From an uncultured Planctomycetaceae bacterium (lineage in GTDB: Bacteria; Planctomycetota; Planctomycetia; Isosphaerales; Isosphaeraceae), in assembly GCA_963833985.1 (NCBI GenBank), contig CAWIAD010000002.1, positions 6,432,001 to 6,496,000 on the forward strand: a stretch of DNA of 64,000 nucleotides, in the 5' to 3' direction. The notes below the pieces were generated by a model that saw only the letters and a program-made list of their open reading frames with translations, was not told the DNA's origin and did not search any database. The stretch's first letter is position 1, and each line of letters begins with the position of its first letter. Position numbers and translations under genes: made by a program. Below are positions 1-12,572 of the stretch, piece after piece.

Positions 1-1
1 C

Positions 2-739
2 TTGGCCGGCCCGTCTGCCCATGCTGCTCCTATCGTCCAGCAGCTCGCCACACCCACGATGACGTCGACGGAGTTCAACAGCCTGTTCCAGCCGATCTCC
101 GGCGCTGCGCCCATCATGTCATCGTACCAGTTCATGAACACCCCCGTCACCGGTATGGTGGACTCGCAGGTGTTCAAGGGCACAGGCGCCGCCGCGGGGC
201 TGTACGCCTATGCCTACCAGATTGCCGTCAACAACGTCTCGGACACGAGCGGCCAGACGACCTCGGTCAACAGCGCCTCGCTCATCTTCAACAGCACGCC
301 GACCCCGGCCAGCTTCAAGGCCGGCACCGCAGCGTCCTCCGTCTACGTCGTTCCCACCGGACAGGTCGGCAGCCTGAACCTCCCCCAGGCCGCGCCGGGG
401 AGCATGATCCAGACGCCCACGTCCGTGGCGTGGATGCCCGGCAGCAAGACCGGCGCACTGACGTTCCAGTATCTCGACGCGGCGCAGAACACCGGCCCTC
501 TCCAGGCCGGAGCCAACAGCGCGACGATCGTCGTGCTGTCGAGCCAGCCATTCACCACCCAGCCGGTCAGCCTTCAGAATGCCGACCCGCAGATCGGCTA
601 CCCCTCCGCCTACTCCGCGCAGGGCGGCACGATCCAGGAAGTTCCCGTCCCCGAGCCGGCCACCGCCCTGGCCTGGGCCGGGATGATCGGCGCCGTGGCC
701 CTGGTGCGGCGCGTCCGCAAGAACCGCCAGGCGGCCTGA
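2..739 (+). CDS. PEP-CTERM sorting-domain protein (5' partial)
   Basis: Ser/Thr/Gly-rich body ending VPVPEPATALAWAGMIGAVALV-RRVRKNR: PEP motif, hydrophobic helix, basic tail. Confidence 0.9.
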   Translation: MAGPSAHAAPIVQQLATPTMTSTEFNSLFQPISGAAPIMSSYQFMNTPVTGMVDSQVFKGTGAAAGLYAYAYQIAVNNVSDTSGQTTSVNSASLIFNSTPTPASFKAGTAASSVYVVPTGQVGSLNLPQAAPGSMIQTPTSVAWMPGSKTGALTFQYLDAAQNTGPLQAGANSATIVVLSSQPFTTQPVSLQNADPQIGYPSAYSAQGGTIQEVPVPEPATALAWAGMIGAVALVRRVRKNRQAA

Positions 740-779
740 TGCGACCGCAGATCCTCTGCAACCGAAAAACCCTCCGGCT

Positions 780-818
780 CCCGGCGACCTCCCTGAAGTC
801 GCCGGGCCGTTTCGTTTT
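780..818 (+). terminator. Probable intrinsic terminator
   Basis: CCCGGCGAC...GTCGCCGGG stem followed by TTTCGTTTT, about 40 nt after the PEP-CTERM stop. Confidence 0.6.
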
Positions 819-1189
819 CAGAACGGGATCATGCATCGGGAGTCGTTTCCCTGTTTCCTGTGCCTGCCTTGTGGCGCAGCGTCCTCTCCGGTCCAGGGCG
901 GGGCACTGTCTCATCTGCCCACTCCGGTCAGCAGGGTCGCCCCGCCCAGGTCATCAGAGCAATAGAATTAACATATATAAATTAAATTGAGCACGAATTC
1001 TTTCCTGCGAGTTCGTGAGCCCTCACCTGGGGCCGTGCCAGCGGTCATGATCCATGCGGCTCAGTATGAAAGGAGACGTTGAGCAGTCAGCCATGCGGAA
1101 GTGAATGGCTATGAGATTGACAAGGATGTTTCGATTCGAGCCAATCTGATGAGCATTGAAGCCAGGTCTGCTCTCGGAAGGTTAACCGG

Positions 1190-2080
1190 ATGACACCTGT
1201 TCGGATCGGAAAACCGCGGCTGCCTCTCTCGTTCATGCTGTTCGTGCTCTGGGGGCTCTTCATCCTTTATGGCACGACGATTCCATTGGTTTTCTCGGCG
1301 TCCTCGGACCAGGTGATAGCAAAAGTTCACCAGGCCTTCGATCGGCCCGGGCAGGCTTCGTCGCGCATGGACATCATGAGCAATGTGCTTCTCTTTCTAT
1401 TGTGTGGATTTCTCTGCGCGATCTGGCTTGCAGGGCGTGGTGTTGGCGACGTCCCGGCCGCCGTCGCCGCTTCCCTCGCGGGGTTGGCGATCAGCGGATT
1501 CGTGGAAACGATTCAGCTCTTCGCTCCCTCGCGTACCACCTCGCTCATCGACCTGGCGACCAATTTCTCCGGATCGGTGGGAGGCCGCCTGATCGGCTGG
1601 CCTCTGGCGCGATGGGCCAGCCCATTGGCCGTACCCTGGTTGAAACGATTGGTTGCCGCGAGGCCCATGCTTTCGATGGCCTTGCTTGCCGCGGGTGGTC
1701 TGATGCTCTTTGAGCGCGCTCCATATGACGTGAGCATCGACGTCGGCGATTTGAAAGCGGCAATCAAGTCGGCGCGACTGGTTCCGTTTGGTCCTGCCGT
1801 GGACTGATCTGAAGTTGCAGCGGAACCCTGGTCATGGACCAGCGAGACGCTCACCTGGATGCTGGCGGGCGGACTTTTCGTGCTCGCGTTCAGGGAAGCC
1901 GGGCGAACGGGAACCCGGGCCAGCGCCGCCAGCGCACTGGTTGCGGCCATTTTACCTCTGGCAAGCGGGGCAAATGCTGTGCGACCCGTCCCGAGGTGTC
2001 GCAAAGTATCGCGTCGGCACGGTCAATCGCCCGGCCTGACGCGAGGCGGCCCGATTGGGTCGGCTCATCGAGCACAGTAA
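1190..2080 (+). pseudogene. VanZ-family membrane protein, interrupted/truncated
   Basis: DIMSNVLLF and ETIQLFAPSRTTSLIDLATN are VanZ-like motifs. In-frame TGA at 1805-1807; the same frame continues (WSWTSETLTWMLAGGLF...) and then degenerates. Confidence 0.6.
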
Positions 2081-2619
2081 AACACGGTGCATTTTTGCAA
2101 CTCATTGCATGCATTTCGTGTTTGCGCCGCTTTAATTGGCGTGCGTTGCAATCTGCGTTTCGCTCTGATCCTGGATGATTCATCTCATCGAGGCAGACTG
2201 AATGAGACGGTGTGGCTGCTATCACAACGCAGTGGGGGCATGCGTTGATGAATTCTTGGACTTGCCGGGATGGCCCAGTTAGGCATGCTTTCTCGCGCCG
2301 TTTGCTCCGGATTCTTCTACATTCGAGCGTCAAAAAAGTCTTTTGTTCTTGAATCTCCGTTCCCGACGCGGTATAACGGCCTCAATCATTGTACCCTCTA
2401 TGATATCACCCAATGCAGTAAAGGCCCAAACACGCGCGATGAGACTCAAACGACACTCGCGGCGCGCGACAAGGCCGACTGAATCGATTTGCTGTCGCTC
2501 CGGAAGCACCAGGTTTCTGATCAACGAGCTGGCTAAGCGATCGAAGTCTACATTGCCGTGAAGTTTCGCGTGAACGGATCGCAATTCTTGGGTGGCACAC
2601 TACCACGCGGAGCCCGACC

Positions 2620-3402
2620 ATGCTCACGGGCAGCTGGAATGAGGATTCAATCGTGCAAGCGGCACCACCGGTGTATCAAATGACACGGCACGTATCCTTC
2701 GAACGGATCAGAGCTGCGGTCAACATCAGTGTTGCGAGTGTCTCGCTCGTGCTCACGTCGCCACTTATTTTGCTTTGCATGATCGCTGTACGCCTCAGTT
2801 CCAGGGGACCGGCGGTCTACTCACAGAAGCGACTGGGGTCGAAGGGCCGGATCTTCACGATCTACAAGATCCGGACAATGCACCTGGACAGCGAGCGCTA
2901 CCATGGCCCGGTGTGGTCGGGCCCGGGAGATCCGCGGGTCACTCGGATCGGGAGATTCCTGAGGGCGACGCATCTTGACGAGCTTCCGCAACTCTTCAAC
3001 GTGGTGCGCGGCGACATGAGCCTGATCGGTCCCCGGCCCGAGCGGCCGGAGATTGTGGCCCAGCTCGATCGCTGCCTCCCCGGCTATCGAGATCGGCTCC
3101 TTGTTCCACCCGGACTGACCGGTCTGGCCCAGGTACTCCAGGGCCCTGATACCAGCCTTCGTGGTGTCAGCACCAAGTTGCGCTATGACCTTTACTACCT
3201 GGACAACCAGGGAATCTGGCTTGATCTGCGGATCGCGCTTGCCACCTTGTTCCACCTCGCGCGGACACCCGGCCCGATCGTGGCCCGGCTGTTCGGCTTC
3301 CCGATTTACGATCGGCTCCCCGTTGAGGAGATCCCCCAGGGAGAGCCCGTTGTTGTCAGCGCACGTATCCGTACGGACTACGTGAACAGCGCCGCGATGT
3401 GA
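2620..3402 (+). CDS. Bacterial sugar transferase (polyprenyl glycosylphosphotransferase, WcaJ/WbaP C-terminal type)
   Basis: [50 protein letters not shown] and DLYY motifs. Confidence 0.92.
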   Translation: MLTGSWNEDSIVQAAPPVYQMTRHVSFERIRAAVNISVASVSLVLTSPLILLCMIAVRLSSRGPAVYSQKRLGSKGRIFTIYKIRTMHLDSERYHGPVWSGPGDPRVTRIGRFLRATHLDELPQLFNVVRGDMSLIGPRPERPEIVAQLDRCLPGYRDRLLVPPGLTGLAQVLQGPDTSLRGVSTKLRYDLYYLDNQGIWLDLRIALATLFHLARTPGPIVARLFGFPIYDRLPVEEIPQGEPVVVSARIRTDYVNSAAM

Positions 3403-3493
3403 GGCGATCGAGCGCCTGCGTGCTGCATCGTCCACCTCCCATGATGGGCTTCCAGAAACAACAGTCGGCCCTCCCAAGATTGCGCGGTGCCTC

Positions 3494-6400
3494 ATGAGAA
3501 AGCTGAATCTGGTTTTCCTGGCGAGCCTCGTTGCGGCGTTTCTGGTGCTGGGCGGCGGCGCGTACGTTGTTCGCCGCTGGCAGGTGCAACGCAATGTGTC
3601 GGCGTTGCTCGCCCGGGCCGAGCGCGAGCAGCAGCAAGGCCAGAGTGCCAGGGCGGTGGAAACGCTCAAGCAGTACGTCAACTTGCGGCCCGACGACAAC
3701 GCGGGGTGGCGCACGTACGCCCGGCTGATGGATGAGACGACGGACGCCCCGCGGCGCCGGGAAGAAACTTACCTGGTGTATCAGGAGGCCCTGAACCACA
3801 ACCCGGGCGACCTGGAGCTGCAGCGACGCAGCGTGGACCTGGCCCTGGAGCTGCGGCCGGAACGGACCAGCGACGCCAGGCGCTTCCTGAAGGACCTGAT
3901 TGGCCATGCGGCCGAGAAGCTGGAGAAGAGCCAGGACGCCACCAAGGCCGCCAGCGCCGCTCTCGAGCTGGCGGAGCTGAAGGAGCTCGACGCCAAGTGC
4001 CTGCTTCTGGATGCCGACTTCCCGGCGGCGGCGAGCGAGTTCGAGGAGGCGATCTCGTACGATCCGAGCCGGCTTTTCTGCTACGTCCAGCTTGCCCGGC
4101 TGGAGCGCGGGTCACTGGGCAAGGATCCCAGGGAGGCCGACCGCGAGATCGACTGGATGATCGCCGGCAACCCGGGCTCGGGCCTGCGCTCGTCTCGAGC
4201 GGTTCCATTATCTCGCGGAGTTCCACCCGCCCGCGCCGGTTGCCGATCTGGAGCAGGCCCTGCAACTGGCTCCCGAGGACTCCGATGTCCTGCTGACAGC
4301 GGCCCTGGCTGCGGAGCAGAAAAAGGACCTGTCCGCTGCGCGGGGTTATCTCGAGAAGGGGCTGAAGCGGCATGCCGGGAATATCGCCTTCCCGATCGCA
4401 CTGGCCGAGCTGGAGACTCGTGATGGGCAGCTTGACCGGGCCGAGGCGGTACTGCGGCAGGCCGATCAGGCGAATCCCTCTCTCGATCTGGCCTTCCGGC
4501 TGGCGGAGACGCTGATCGCGGAAAACAAGATCGACGGCGAGAACCAGGCCGAAAGCTACATCAAGCGCCTGCGTGAGGCCGGGCTGGGCGAGACGCTGGG
4601 CCGCTACCTGGAAGCGAAGATCCTCTACCAGCGCAAGCAGTGGGCCGACGCGATCCCCAAGATCGAATCGGCGCGAACCTTCCTGAATACGCTCCCCCGG
4701 CTCGCTGCCACGCTCAATCGCATGCTCGTTGAGTGCTACGGCCGCGTCGGGGCCGAGGAGCAGAGGCTCCGGGCGCTGCGGGACGTGGCGGAGAACCGGC
4801 TCGCGGGCGAATCGACGCGCGTCGAGTACGCCCGCTCACTGGCTCGGGCCGGCAAGCTGGATGACGCGATCGCGGTGCTCATTCCGCTGGCGGAGCGCCA
4901 GGCCGAGGTGAAAGTCGATCTGCTTGAGGCACTGGTTCAGAAAGCCAGCCGAATTCCGGGGGACCCGGCTGCGTGGCGTGAAGTGGAGCGTCAGCTCGGC
5001 CTCGCCGAGAAGGCGCTGCCCGGTTCGATCGAGCGGCTGACGCTGCTGCGAGCCGACATGCTGGTGGCCCGGAAGCGGATGGACGAGGCGCAAAAGCTTT
5101 TGACGGAGGCCGAGGCGAAGGACCCGCGCAATCTTCCTTACCGGCTGGCGCTTGCGCGGCTCTCCCAGCGCCAGGGGAAGGGAGCGGAACCACTGAAGAT
5201 TCTCGACGAGGCGGAGAAGGACCTGGGGCCGAGCCTGGCGATCCAGCTTGCCCGCCTGAGCCTCTGGGGGCGGCAAGGTGATGAAGCCGCGAAGGCGGCC
5301 GTGGCGAAGCTGGCGGAGACGCGGCAGCAGGTGGCGGCCGCCGATCGCCCCGCGCTTCTGGACCGTCTGGCCCTGACCGAGATCCGGCTCAACGAACTGG
5401 CCCTGGCGCGACAGCATTACCAGGAGCTGGCGGCTCTCGAGCCGGAGAACATCCCTGTTCGTCTTGCTCTGTTTGACCTGGCCATCGAAGCTGGCGACCA
5501 GACCGGTGCGGGCGACCTGGTGAATGAAATTCGCAAGCTCGAAGGAGACAAGGGGACCCGGTGGCGGTTCGCGCAGGCGGCCTTGCAGATCGACCGGGCG
5601 CTGCGAGGATCCTCAAGCAACCTGGACGAAGCCCGGTCCCTGGCCGCCGAGATCGCCGCGCAGCGCCCGGACTGGTGGGCCGGCCCGACACTCAATGGTC
5701 GGCTCGCCGAGCTTGCCGGCTCTCCTGACCTGGCGATCGAGCAGTATCTCCACGCGATCGAACTCGGAAACGCTCAGGTGCCTCTTGCGCAGGCTCGTGA
5801 GCATGCTCAGCCTGCGGAATCGTTGGGCCGATGTCGACCGCGTGTCGAAGCTGCTGGGCGAGCGGGACGTCGTCCTGGATGACATCACGCTCATCAAGGC
5901 CCAGGAAGCCATCCGCAAGCAAGATTACGACCAGGGAATCGCGCTGGCCCGCCAGGTCTTCCCTGACAATTCGACGAGCGCTGCGGATCACCTCGTGCTG
6001 GGCGATTTCTATGCGGCCGCGGGCCAGAGTGGTGCCGCGGGCAAGGAATTTCGCCGCGCCGTGGAGCTTGGTCCGGGGTTGCCGGGCACATGGCTAAGCT
6101 ACGTCCGGTACCTTGTCCAGGGCAGGCAAATCGACCAGGCCAGGACGACGATTGAAGCAGCGCGAAAGGCCTTGCCCGCCTCTCAGGCCACTTTGCCACT
6201 GGCCGAGTGCTGGATCGCTGTCCGCGACTTCAGGCAGGCCGAGGCATTGATCGGCAAGGCCCTGAATGAGGAAGGCAAGTCCGCCGATCCGAACACGCTC
6301 AAGACCGCCGCCATCGTCGCTCTCGGTCAGGACCGCCGCGACAAGGTTGATGACTACCTGAACAAGCTTGATGGGCTCGCGAACCTCTCCACGAGCGACC

Positions 6401-7707
6401 GGGCCTGGGTCAACCGCGTTCGGGTCTCACTCCTGAACGCGGGCCGACTGGCCGACCAGGATCAGGCACTCGGGCTGATCGAGGAAAACCTGAAAACCGA
6501 TCCCAGCAGCGTCGAGGACCTGCGGCTCAAGGCCACCCTTCTCGCGCGTCGACCCAGCCGGCGTGTCGAGGCTCTGCGTCTCCTCGAACCGCTCGAGAGT
6601 GCGAACCGGCTGGATGCCAACGAGCAATTCCTGCTGGCCCAGCTCTACCTGGCCCAGCACGATGAGCAGAAGTACCAGGACGAGATGTTCAAGCTGCTGA
6701 AGTCCAGGACCAGGAGCCCGCAGCACCTGGCCCACTTTGTCAGGTACTGGATCGGCCAGAAACAGTTCGACCAGGCCGATCGCTGGCTGGGCGAGCTCAA
6801 GAAGACCGAGCCCCGCGGCGTCGCGGCCCTGGAGCTGGAGGCCAGTCTCCTCGACCTGCGGAAGCGCAGGCCGCAGTTGCTGACGCTGCTGCAGTCGCGC
6901 GGCCGCGAGGTCCCCGACCAGATCGGCATCGTGGCCGACCTCCTGAGTCATTATGGGTTCGCGAAGGAGGCCGAGGCCGCCTACAAGGCCTTCGCGGCCC
7001 GCGACCCGAAGCAGCCGGAACGGATGCTCCCCCTGGCCCAGTTCCTGGCCCGTCAGGATCGTGCCGAAGAGGCCATGGCGATCTTCCAGAATGCCTGTAG
7101 AACGTGCCCTCCCGAACAGGTCGCCGCCACCTCTCTGTCGCTCTACGACGCTCCCTCCGCGAACGAGACTCAGAAGCGCCAGGTGGAAGCCTGGACGGCC
7201 CAGGCCGTGCAGTCGCACCCCGACTCGGCCATGTTCACATCCAATCTGGCGGGAATCCTCATCCGCCAGGCCCGTTTCGATGAGGCCGAGGCGCTTTGCC
7301 GCCGCGCCCTGGCCAGCAACCCCGATAACGCGGGAGCGCTCAACACGCTGGCCTGGCTGCTCGCGCTGCGAGATCAGGGCAAGGGCCAGGAGGCGATCGA
7401 GCACATCGATCGCGCCATCGAGATCGTGGGAGAGAATCCTTCTCTGCTCGATACCCGGGCCGTCGCCCGCATCAGCGCGGGGCAGGCCGGTCAGGCCGTG
7501 GAGGAACTGCTCGCGCTCCGCAGGCAGGCTCCCTGGAAGCTGAACTTCGTGCTCCACCTGGCCTGGGCCTATCAGGCGAAGGGACAAACGGAGCAGGCTC
7601 GCACGGAACTCCAGGATGCCGAGAAGCTCGGCCTGAAACCCCAGGTACTCGATCCGCTCGAGCTTGCCGTGCTCCAGCGGCTCCGGAAGGAGCTGTTTCC
7701 CGGCTAG
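3494..7707 (+). CDS. Large membrane-anchored TPR protein (~1400 aa) with two frameshifts
   Basis: N-terminal TM helix then continuous TPR-like helices across three frames; frame changes near 4185-4200 and 5788. Confidence 0.8.
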
Positions 7708-7992
7708 CTCCAGGGCGATCGACAGGGCGCAACGATCATTCCTCGATTCGATGCCGTTCGGATCTTCGGATTTGATCAACGGAATCCAGGACCAGGGCAG
7801 AACGAGGGATCACAAGGAAAGGAGGGGAACCCGACAGCAAAGAAACGTGTCCGGATTGACCGGGAGCGCCTGGTGCTCTCCGTCAACAGGTAAAAACTCG
7901 CAAGCTTTGATATGAGTTCAGTGTTCGACATGGGATGAAGCGTTGAACTTCTCAACGCGGTCCCAGTGCATCTTTCCCAAGGGGATTTCAAC

Positions 7993-8691
7993 ATGAGACG
8001 CGCGATTGGAATGTTTCGGATGATGGCACGTTGCCTGCTGGGCATCGTCGCTCTCGCAGCGATCAGTCTGGCGCTGCCGGGATCGGTCAAGGCCGACACG
8101 TATTCGGTCTCTGTCTGGTTAAACACGAGTGCGGCGTCGAACGCCAAACTCCCCGCCCCGTCGGGTACAGCCGATGTCACGTTCACGACGACGGCGATCA
8201 ACTTCCAGCTTGGAGGGACGCAGGCCGACGCCACGGTCGGACAGTGGCTCAGCAGCCTCATCGGTGGCACTGAGAGTAATATCACCTACAATAACGGTGC
8301 CAGCGCATCATCCGCGTTCACCACTAAGGGTGACCTGGTTAATGGCTCCTACGTCCTGTTCACCGGCTCCACCGGTCTGGCCGCCGGCACCAATTCGTTC
8401 ACCGTTCATCACGACGACGGGGCGTCACTCTATATCGGTTCGACACAGGTGTTCAGTGCACCTGGGCCAACCTCGGAAGAGACCAGCACCGGCACGTATA
8501 ACGCCGCTGCCAACGGAGTCTACGGCTTTAGCCTGGCGTATGGCGAAGTGAACGGCACGCCCGCCATCATCGACTTCGCCCCGAATCCCGTCCCCGAACC
8601 CAGCACGCTGGCCATCGCCGGCCTCGGTGCCCTTGGCTTCGGTGCCTACCACTACCGGCGGCGCCGCCGCACGGGCAAGGCCTCAGCCTGA
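7993..8691 (+). CDS. PEP-CTERM protein with PA14-like domain
   Basis: Signal peptide, HDDGASLYIG (PA14-type DDG motif) and C-terminal VPEPSTLAIAGLGALGFGAYHYRRRRR. Confidence 0.88.
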   Translation: MRRAIGMFRMMARCLLGIVALAAISLALPGSVKADTYSVSVWLNTSAASNAKLPAPSGTADVTFTTTAINFQLGGTQADATVGQWLSSLIGGTESNITYNNGASASSAFTTKGDLVNGSYVLFTGSTGLAAGTNSFTVHHDDGASLYIGSTQVFSAPGPTSEETSTGTYNAAANGVYGFSLAYGEVNGTPAIIDFAPNPVPEPSTLAIAGLGALGFGAYHYRRRRRTGKASA

Positions 8692-8728
8692 CCTGAGCGA
8701 TCTTCTTCTCACGTCGTGATCGATTCCG

Positions 8729-8764
8729 AGGCTGCCCACTGCCCGCGCGGTGGGCAGCTTTTTT
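8729..8764 (+). terminator. Intrinsic terminator
   Basis: AGGCTGCCCACTGC-loop-GCGGTGGGCAGCTT followed by a T run, between convergent genes. Confidence 0.85.
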
Positions 8765-8776
8765 CTGCTACTCCCC

Positions 8777-10846
8777 TCACCGCTCCGCCCCCTGGTCTTC
8801 AGCAAATCGCTGGAGATCAAGAACCAGGTACTCGTCCTGGTCGAAGAGCCGATGCCGCGTCTGGCTCAGGTCCTTCAAGCTGGCGAAGATGTCCAGGACG
8901 TCGCGGGTATGGCAATTCAACCAGGAATCGAGGCTGCGCCAGTCCCAGATCTTCCCCTTGGCGGCGATCTTCTCCCATACCTTGATGTTGTAAAGAACCG
9001 AGTGATTGCTGATGCGGAAGGCGATGTAGCGAATGGACAGAGACGAGAGATAGCGCGCCAGACCCTCCGGCCCCTTCCCGAGCGGAAACCCGGGCGGTGG
9101 ACTGACGCTGCCAGGCCAGTCGAAGATGCAGACCGTATTGCGCCGGAAGTCAAGCCGGTACGGCTCATCGAGTATCACGAGCAGCTTCTCGCCGGGCGGC
9201 ACGGCGCTCTGGATCTGCTGGTAAAGGACGTCGGATCGTTCGGAGCGGATCGGCGCTGTCGAGAGTGCGGTGGCGGCCAACCGGATCCTGCCGAGGTAGA
9301 ACCGGCCGATGTCTCCCTGGTGCACGTGAAGCTGAATGGCGATCGCGCAGAGTGTAAGGATGGGCGCGATCCGATCAACCGGCGCACGCTCGCGCCACTG
9401 GCGTTCTGCGAGCGCCGGGATCGTTTCCAGGCAGACCGCGAGCACGCAGGGTAAGATCACCGGGAGTTGATAGCGGCTCGTGGTCCCAAAATCGCCGCAG
9501 AATGGGGCCGCCCCCCAGCTCATGGCCAGGGCGCTCAGCGCGCAACCAAGCAGGAAAACCTTCAGGACGTGCTGCGAGCGCCGGCCGGTCATGAGGGCAC
9601 CGGCCAGGAAAAAGGTGAGCGGCGAGCTGATCGTCCCCTCTCGAAACAGGGTGGCTCGCGCCACGAAGCGGAGCCGGTCGGCAAGCGGGATTGCGGGCAT
9701 CAGGCTGACCTCGTGCCCCCCCCCGCCGACAAGGAGGGGGAAGAGGAAGGTCCCACAGGAGCGCAGGCTGAGGATCCACCAGGGGGCCAGCAGCGCCGCG
9801 CCGACGAGCGCGACCCGGACTGCCTGGCCCGCCCACCTCCAGCGGTCCGCACGCGGCGCCTGCATGGCGAACAGGAGAAGGCCAAGCCCCGTGATCACGG
9901 TGGCAGGGACGAGGTGAGTTTGGCGAAGCGTCACGGCCGCGGCCGGGAACAGGGCTAACCCAGCGGCGCTGCGCCACCCGAGCCTCCGACCGGCCTCGTC
10001 CTGCTCCTTGAGCACACGCAGGAGTCCGAAAAAGCAGACGCAACCGGTGAACGAGGTGGCCATGTTGTGGCTTGGTCGCAAAATGATGAGGAGCAGGAGC
10101 AGCGCGCTCATCTCCCCGATCCGCTCTGCTCCCGTCCTGCACCGCGCGTAACCCCAGACGAGCCCGGCCAGGATGAGCAGTGCGATGCCCTCGTCCACCA
10201 CATGCAGGCTGGATACGGCAGCACGGGCGAGCACGAGGGCGTCAAGGTAAGATTGACCCCCCAGCGCGGTGATCCGCCGCAGCGAGAAGGGTTCGATGAG
10301 CGTTCCCGAGCCGAGCATCTGCGGCGCGAATTCCAGGTAGGCAACCGAGTCGTCCCAGAGATTGATGTTCGGATCGCCCACGGACATCAGGTAGCAGAGA
10401 GCGAACAGCGACGCGAGCCCGATTGTCCCGATGACGAGGAATGGCCGATTGCGTCGTGATCTCGGCGTCCTCGCGGCGTTCCCCGTGTGCGACAGCGCCC
10501 AGGCGCGCCTGACCTCGTGACGGCCGAGGTAGCCAAGCCCGACGAGGACGACCGCGATGGAGCTCGCGACCGAAACGAGGCAGAGGGCTGCAAGCAGCCC
10601 GCCCAGGACGATCACGAAGGCCAGTCCCAGGGCCGCTCTCAGCCCCCAATCGAAGGCGCACCGCGGGAAGAGCCAACTGCCCAGCGCGGTGCCATACCCG
10701 ATCATGGCTGCCAGCACCGCCAGTCCCCAGAGCGTGGAGCGGAACGGCGCGCCCGGCAGCGCAAGGGCGAGGAGGCACGCCGCGAAGGCGCCCGCACTCG
10801 CCCACAGGAGCCTTGGTTCACTCGCCACAGTCGCCCCCTCGAGCAT
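8777..10846 (-). CDS. Polytopic membrane protein, possibly GT-C-like
   Basis: 689-aa ORF with many hydrophobic segments and an early loop NLWDDSVAYLEF; downstream of the GT2 and fcl genes. Confidence 0.7.
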   Translation of the reverse strand: MLEGATVASEPRLLWASAGAFAACLLALALPGAPFRSTLWGLAVLAAMIGYGTALGSWLFPRCAFDWGLRAALGLAFVIVLGGLLAALCLVSVASSIAVVLVGLGYLGRHEVRRAWALSHTGNAARTPRSRRNRPFLVIGTIGLASLFALCYLMSVGDPNINLWDDSVAYLEFAPQMLGSGTLIEPFSLRRITALGGQSYLDALVLARAAVSSLHVVDEGIALLILAGLVWGYARCRTGAERIGEMSALLLLLIILRPSHNMATSFTGCVCFFGLLRVLKEQDEAGRRLGWRSAAGLALFPAAAVTLRQTHLVPATVITGLGLLLFAMQAPRADRWRWAGQAVRVALVGAALLAPWWILSLRSCGTFLFPLLVGGGGHEVSLMPAIPLADRLRFVARATLFREGTISSPLTFFLAGALMTGRRSQHVLKVFLLGCALSALAMSWGAAPFCGDFGTTSRYQLPVILPCVLAVCLETIPALAERQWRERAPVDRIAPILTLCAIAIQLHVHQGDIGRFYLGRIRLAATALSTAPIRSERSDVLYQQIQSAVPPGEKLLVILDEPYRLDFRRNTVCIFDWPGSVSPPPGFPLGKGPEGLARYLSSLSIRYIAFRISNHSVLYNIKVWEKIAAKGKIWDWRSLDSWLNCHTRDVLDIFASLKDLSQTRHRLFDQDEYLVLDLQRFAEDQGAER

Positions 10847-10890
10847 CGGGTTCCCTCGTCATGAAGCGCCTCGAACGCTCGGAAGAAAAC

Positions 10891-12330
10891 TCAGCGGGGA
10901 GTTTGTGCCAAGCCTGCCGCCCTTGCCGCGATCCTCTTCGGTGTTCCGACGCGTCCGGGCCGCACCCGCAGGAACCCCACAATGGTCATCTTCAGGAGCA
11001 TCCAGCCGTGTCGGAAGCGGCTGATATTGGTGGTGCCGTAGACCCGTCGGCGATAACGGATGGGCATATCAACGATGCCGAGCGCCAGTATGGCCGCGGG
11101 AAAAAGGAGCTCGAAATCTCCGAAGGGATCAAAGTCACCAAAATCCTCCCGCCACCTCACGAAGCGTGCGTAATCGGCGCGCCGCAGGAGTTTCGTGCCG
11201 CAGAGCGAATCGCCCAGGCGAACGCCCAGCACGGCGCTCAGGGCCTTGGCGAAGAAGATGTTGCCGAGCCGGTTGAGGAAGCGCATGGCATCGCCTTCCA
11301 TGGGATAGGTGAGGCGATTGCCGTTCACGAAATCTCCCAGGCCCCGGCAATAGGCGTCGTAGAACCGGTGCAGCAGTTCGGGAGGCATGGTGAGGTCGGC
11401 GTCCAGGATGGTGAGAAGCTCGCCGCGCGCCTCCGAGAAACCAAGACGTACGGCATCGCTCTTGCCCTTGCCGCTCTGCCGCAGGGCCCTGATCCGGTAG
11501 CGCTCCTGGTAGAACGGGATCACGCGCTGGATCTCCTCCCAGGTGCCGTCGGTGGAGTGTCCCTCGACAAAGATGATCTCCAGATCGACATCGCTGAAGG
11601 AATCGAGCCGCTTCAATGCATTTTCAATATTTCCCCTTTCGTTCCTCGCGGGTATGACTACGCTCAGGGACGGGCGAGTGGCCTCGGGCTGCCGGGCGCG
11701 CAAGACGGCTACCGAGGTCAGCGAGAGCCAGCGAACCAGCGGCACGAGGGGCAGCAGGGCGTTGAAAACGTTGCCCAGGCCCCCGAGGCGCCACGGACAA
11801 TAGACAGCGTTCCGCGTCGAGGTGAGTTCCAGTCCGGCCAGGGTCGCGATACTGGCAAGCCCGGCGCGGCTGAGGAAAGTAGACGGCTTTTCTCCTTTCC
11901 GGATCCCGAGGCGACTGGCCCAGACGTAGAGGAATTGCGTGAAGGGGTTATAGGCGACGAGCACCAGCCGGTCACCACGCCCCATGACGGTCCTCAATCT
12001 GTTCAGTGTCTCCTCGACATCCAGGTCGTAGTTGAGGTTGCCGTTCACCAGGAACACCCTGCTCGACTCTCGCTCCACGCCGACATTGTCACTGCCGTGC
12101 AGAGCGAGGGCCGCCGCTTTTTCAGGACAGTCAATCATTTCAAGGAGAAGGCCGCTGTCGTGCTCACGCGGTTCCACCTGCACCGTGCGATCGTAGTACC
12201 GGGACAGGGCAGAGATCTCCGCGGCGAGCAAGGAATTGACATACCTTCGCCAGGCGGGATGTCTTGCGGAGTGGGAACGGACAGGGGCTTCCGGGACCAG
12301 GTGTTCCGCTCTGACTGCTTTCGATTCCAT
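10891..12330 (-). CDS. Glycosyltransferase family 2 with N-terminal degenerate methyltransferase-like domain
   Basis: SVVIPARNE, VEGHSTDGT, GKSDAVRLG, ILDADL (DxD) and DSLCGTK motifs. Confidence 0.9.
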   Translation of the reverse strand: MESKAVRAEHLVPEAPVRSHSARHPAWRRYVNSLLAAEISALSRYYDRTVQVEPREHDSGLLLEMIDCPEKAAALALHGSDNVGVERESSRVFLVNGNLNYDLDVEETLNRLRTVMGRGDRLVLVAYNPFTQFLYVWASRLGIRKGEKPSTFLSRAGLASIATLAGLELTSTRNAVYCPWRLGGLGNVFNALLPLVPLVRWLSLTSVAVLRARQPEATRPSLSVVIPARNERGNIENALKRLDSFSDVDLEIIFVEGHSTDGTWEEIQRVIPFYQERYRIRALRQSGKGKSDAVRLGFSEARGELLTILDADLTMPPELLHRFYDAYCRGLGDFVNGNRLTYPMEGDAMRFLNRLGNIFFAKALSAVLGVRLGDSLCGTKLLRRADYARFVRWREDFGDFDPFGDFELLFPAAILALGIVDMPIRYRRRVYGTTNISRFRHGWMLLKMTIVGFLRVRPGRVGTPKRIAARAAGLAQTPR

Positions 12331-12572
12331 GTCCTCTCCTAAAACGGGTGCTCCACAGCAGCGGAAATCGTTTCGCCGGGTCTCGGCAAGAGGTGCCGCG
12401 GGTTACGGCGATGTGGGACAGGAGGCTTCCAGAGGATAACTTCATGGACTGGCCAGCAAATTGCTCAATATGAGAGAATCGCCGTCAGACCAGGCAAGCA
12501 GGCCGGGATGATCTGCCGGCTCGCCCATGGGTGGCCCACTCTTTCGTCTCGGGGATAGCAGGTTGGAGAGGA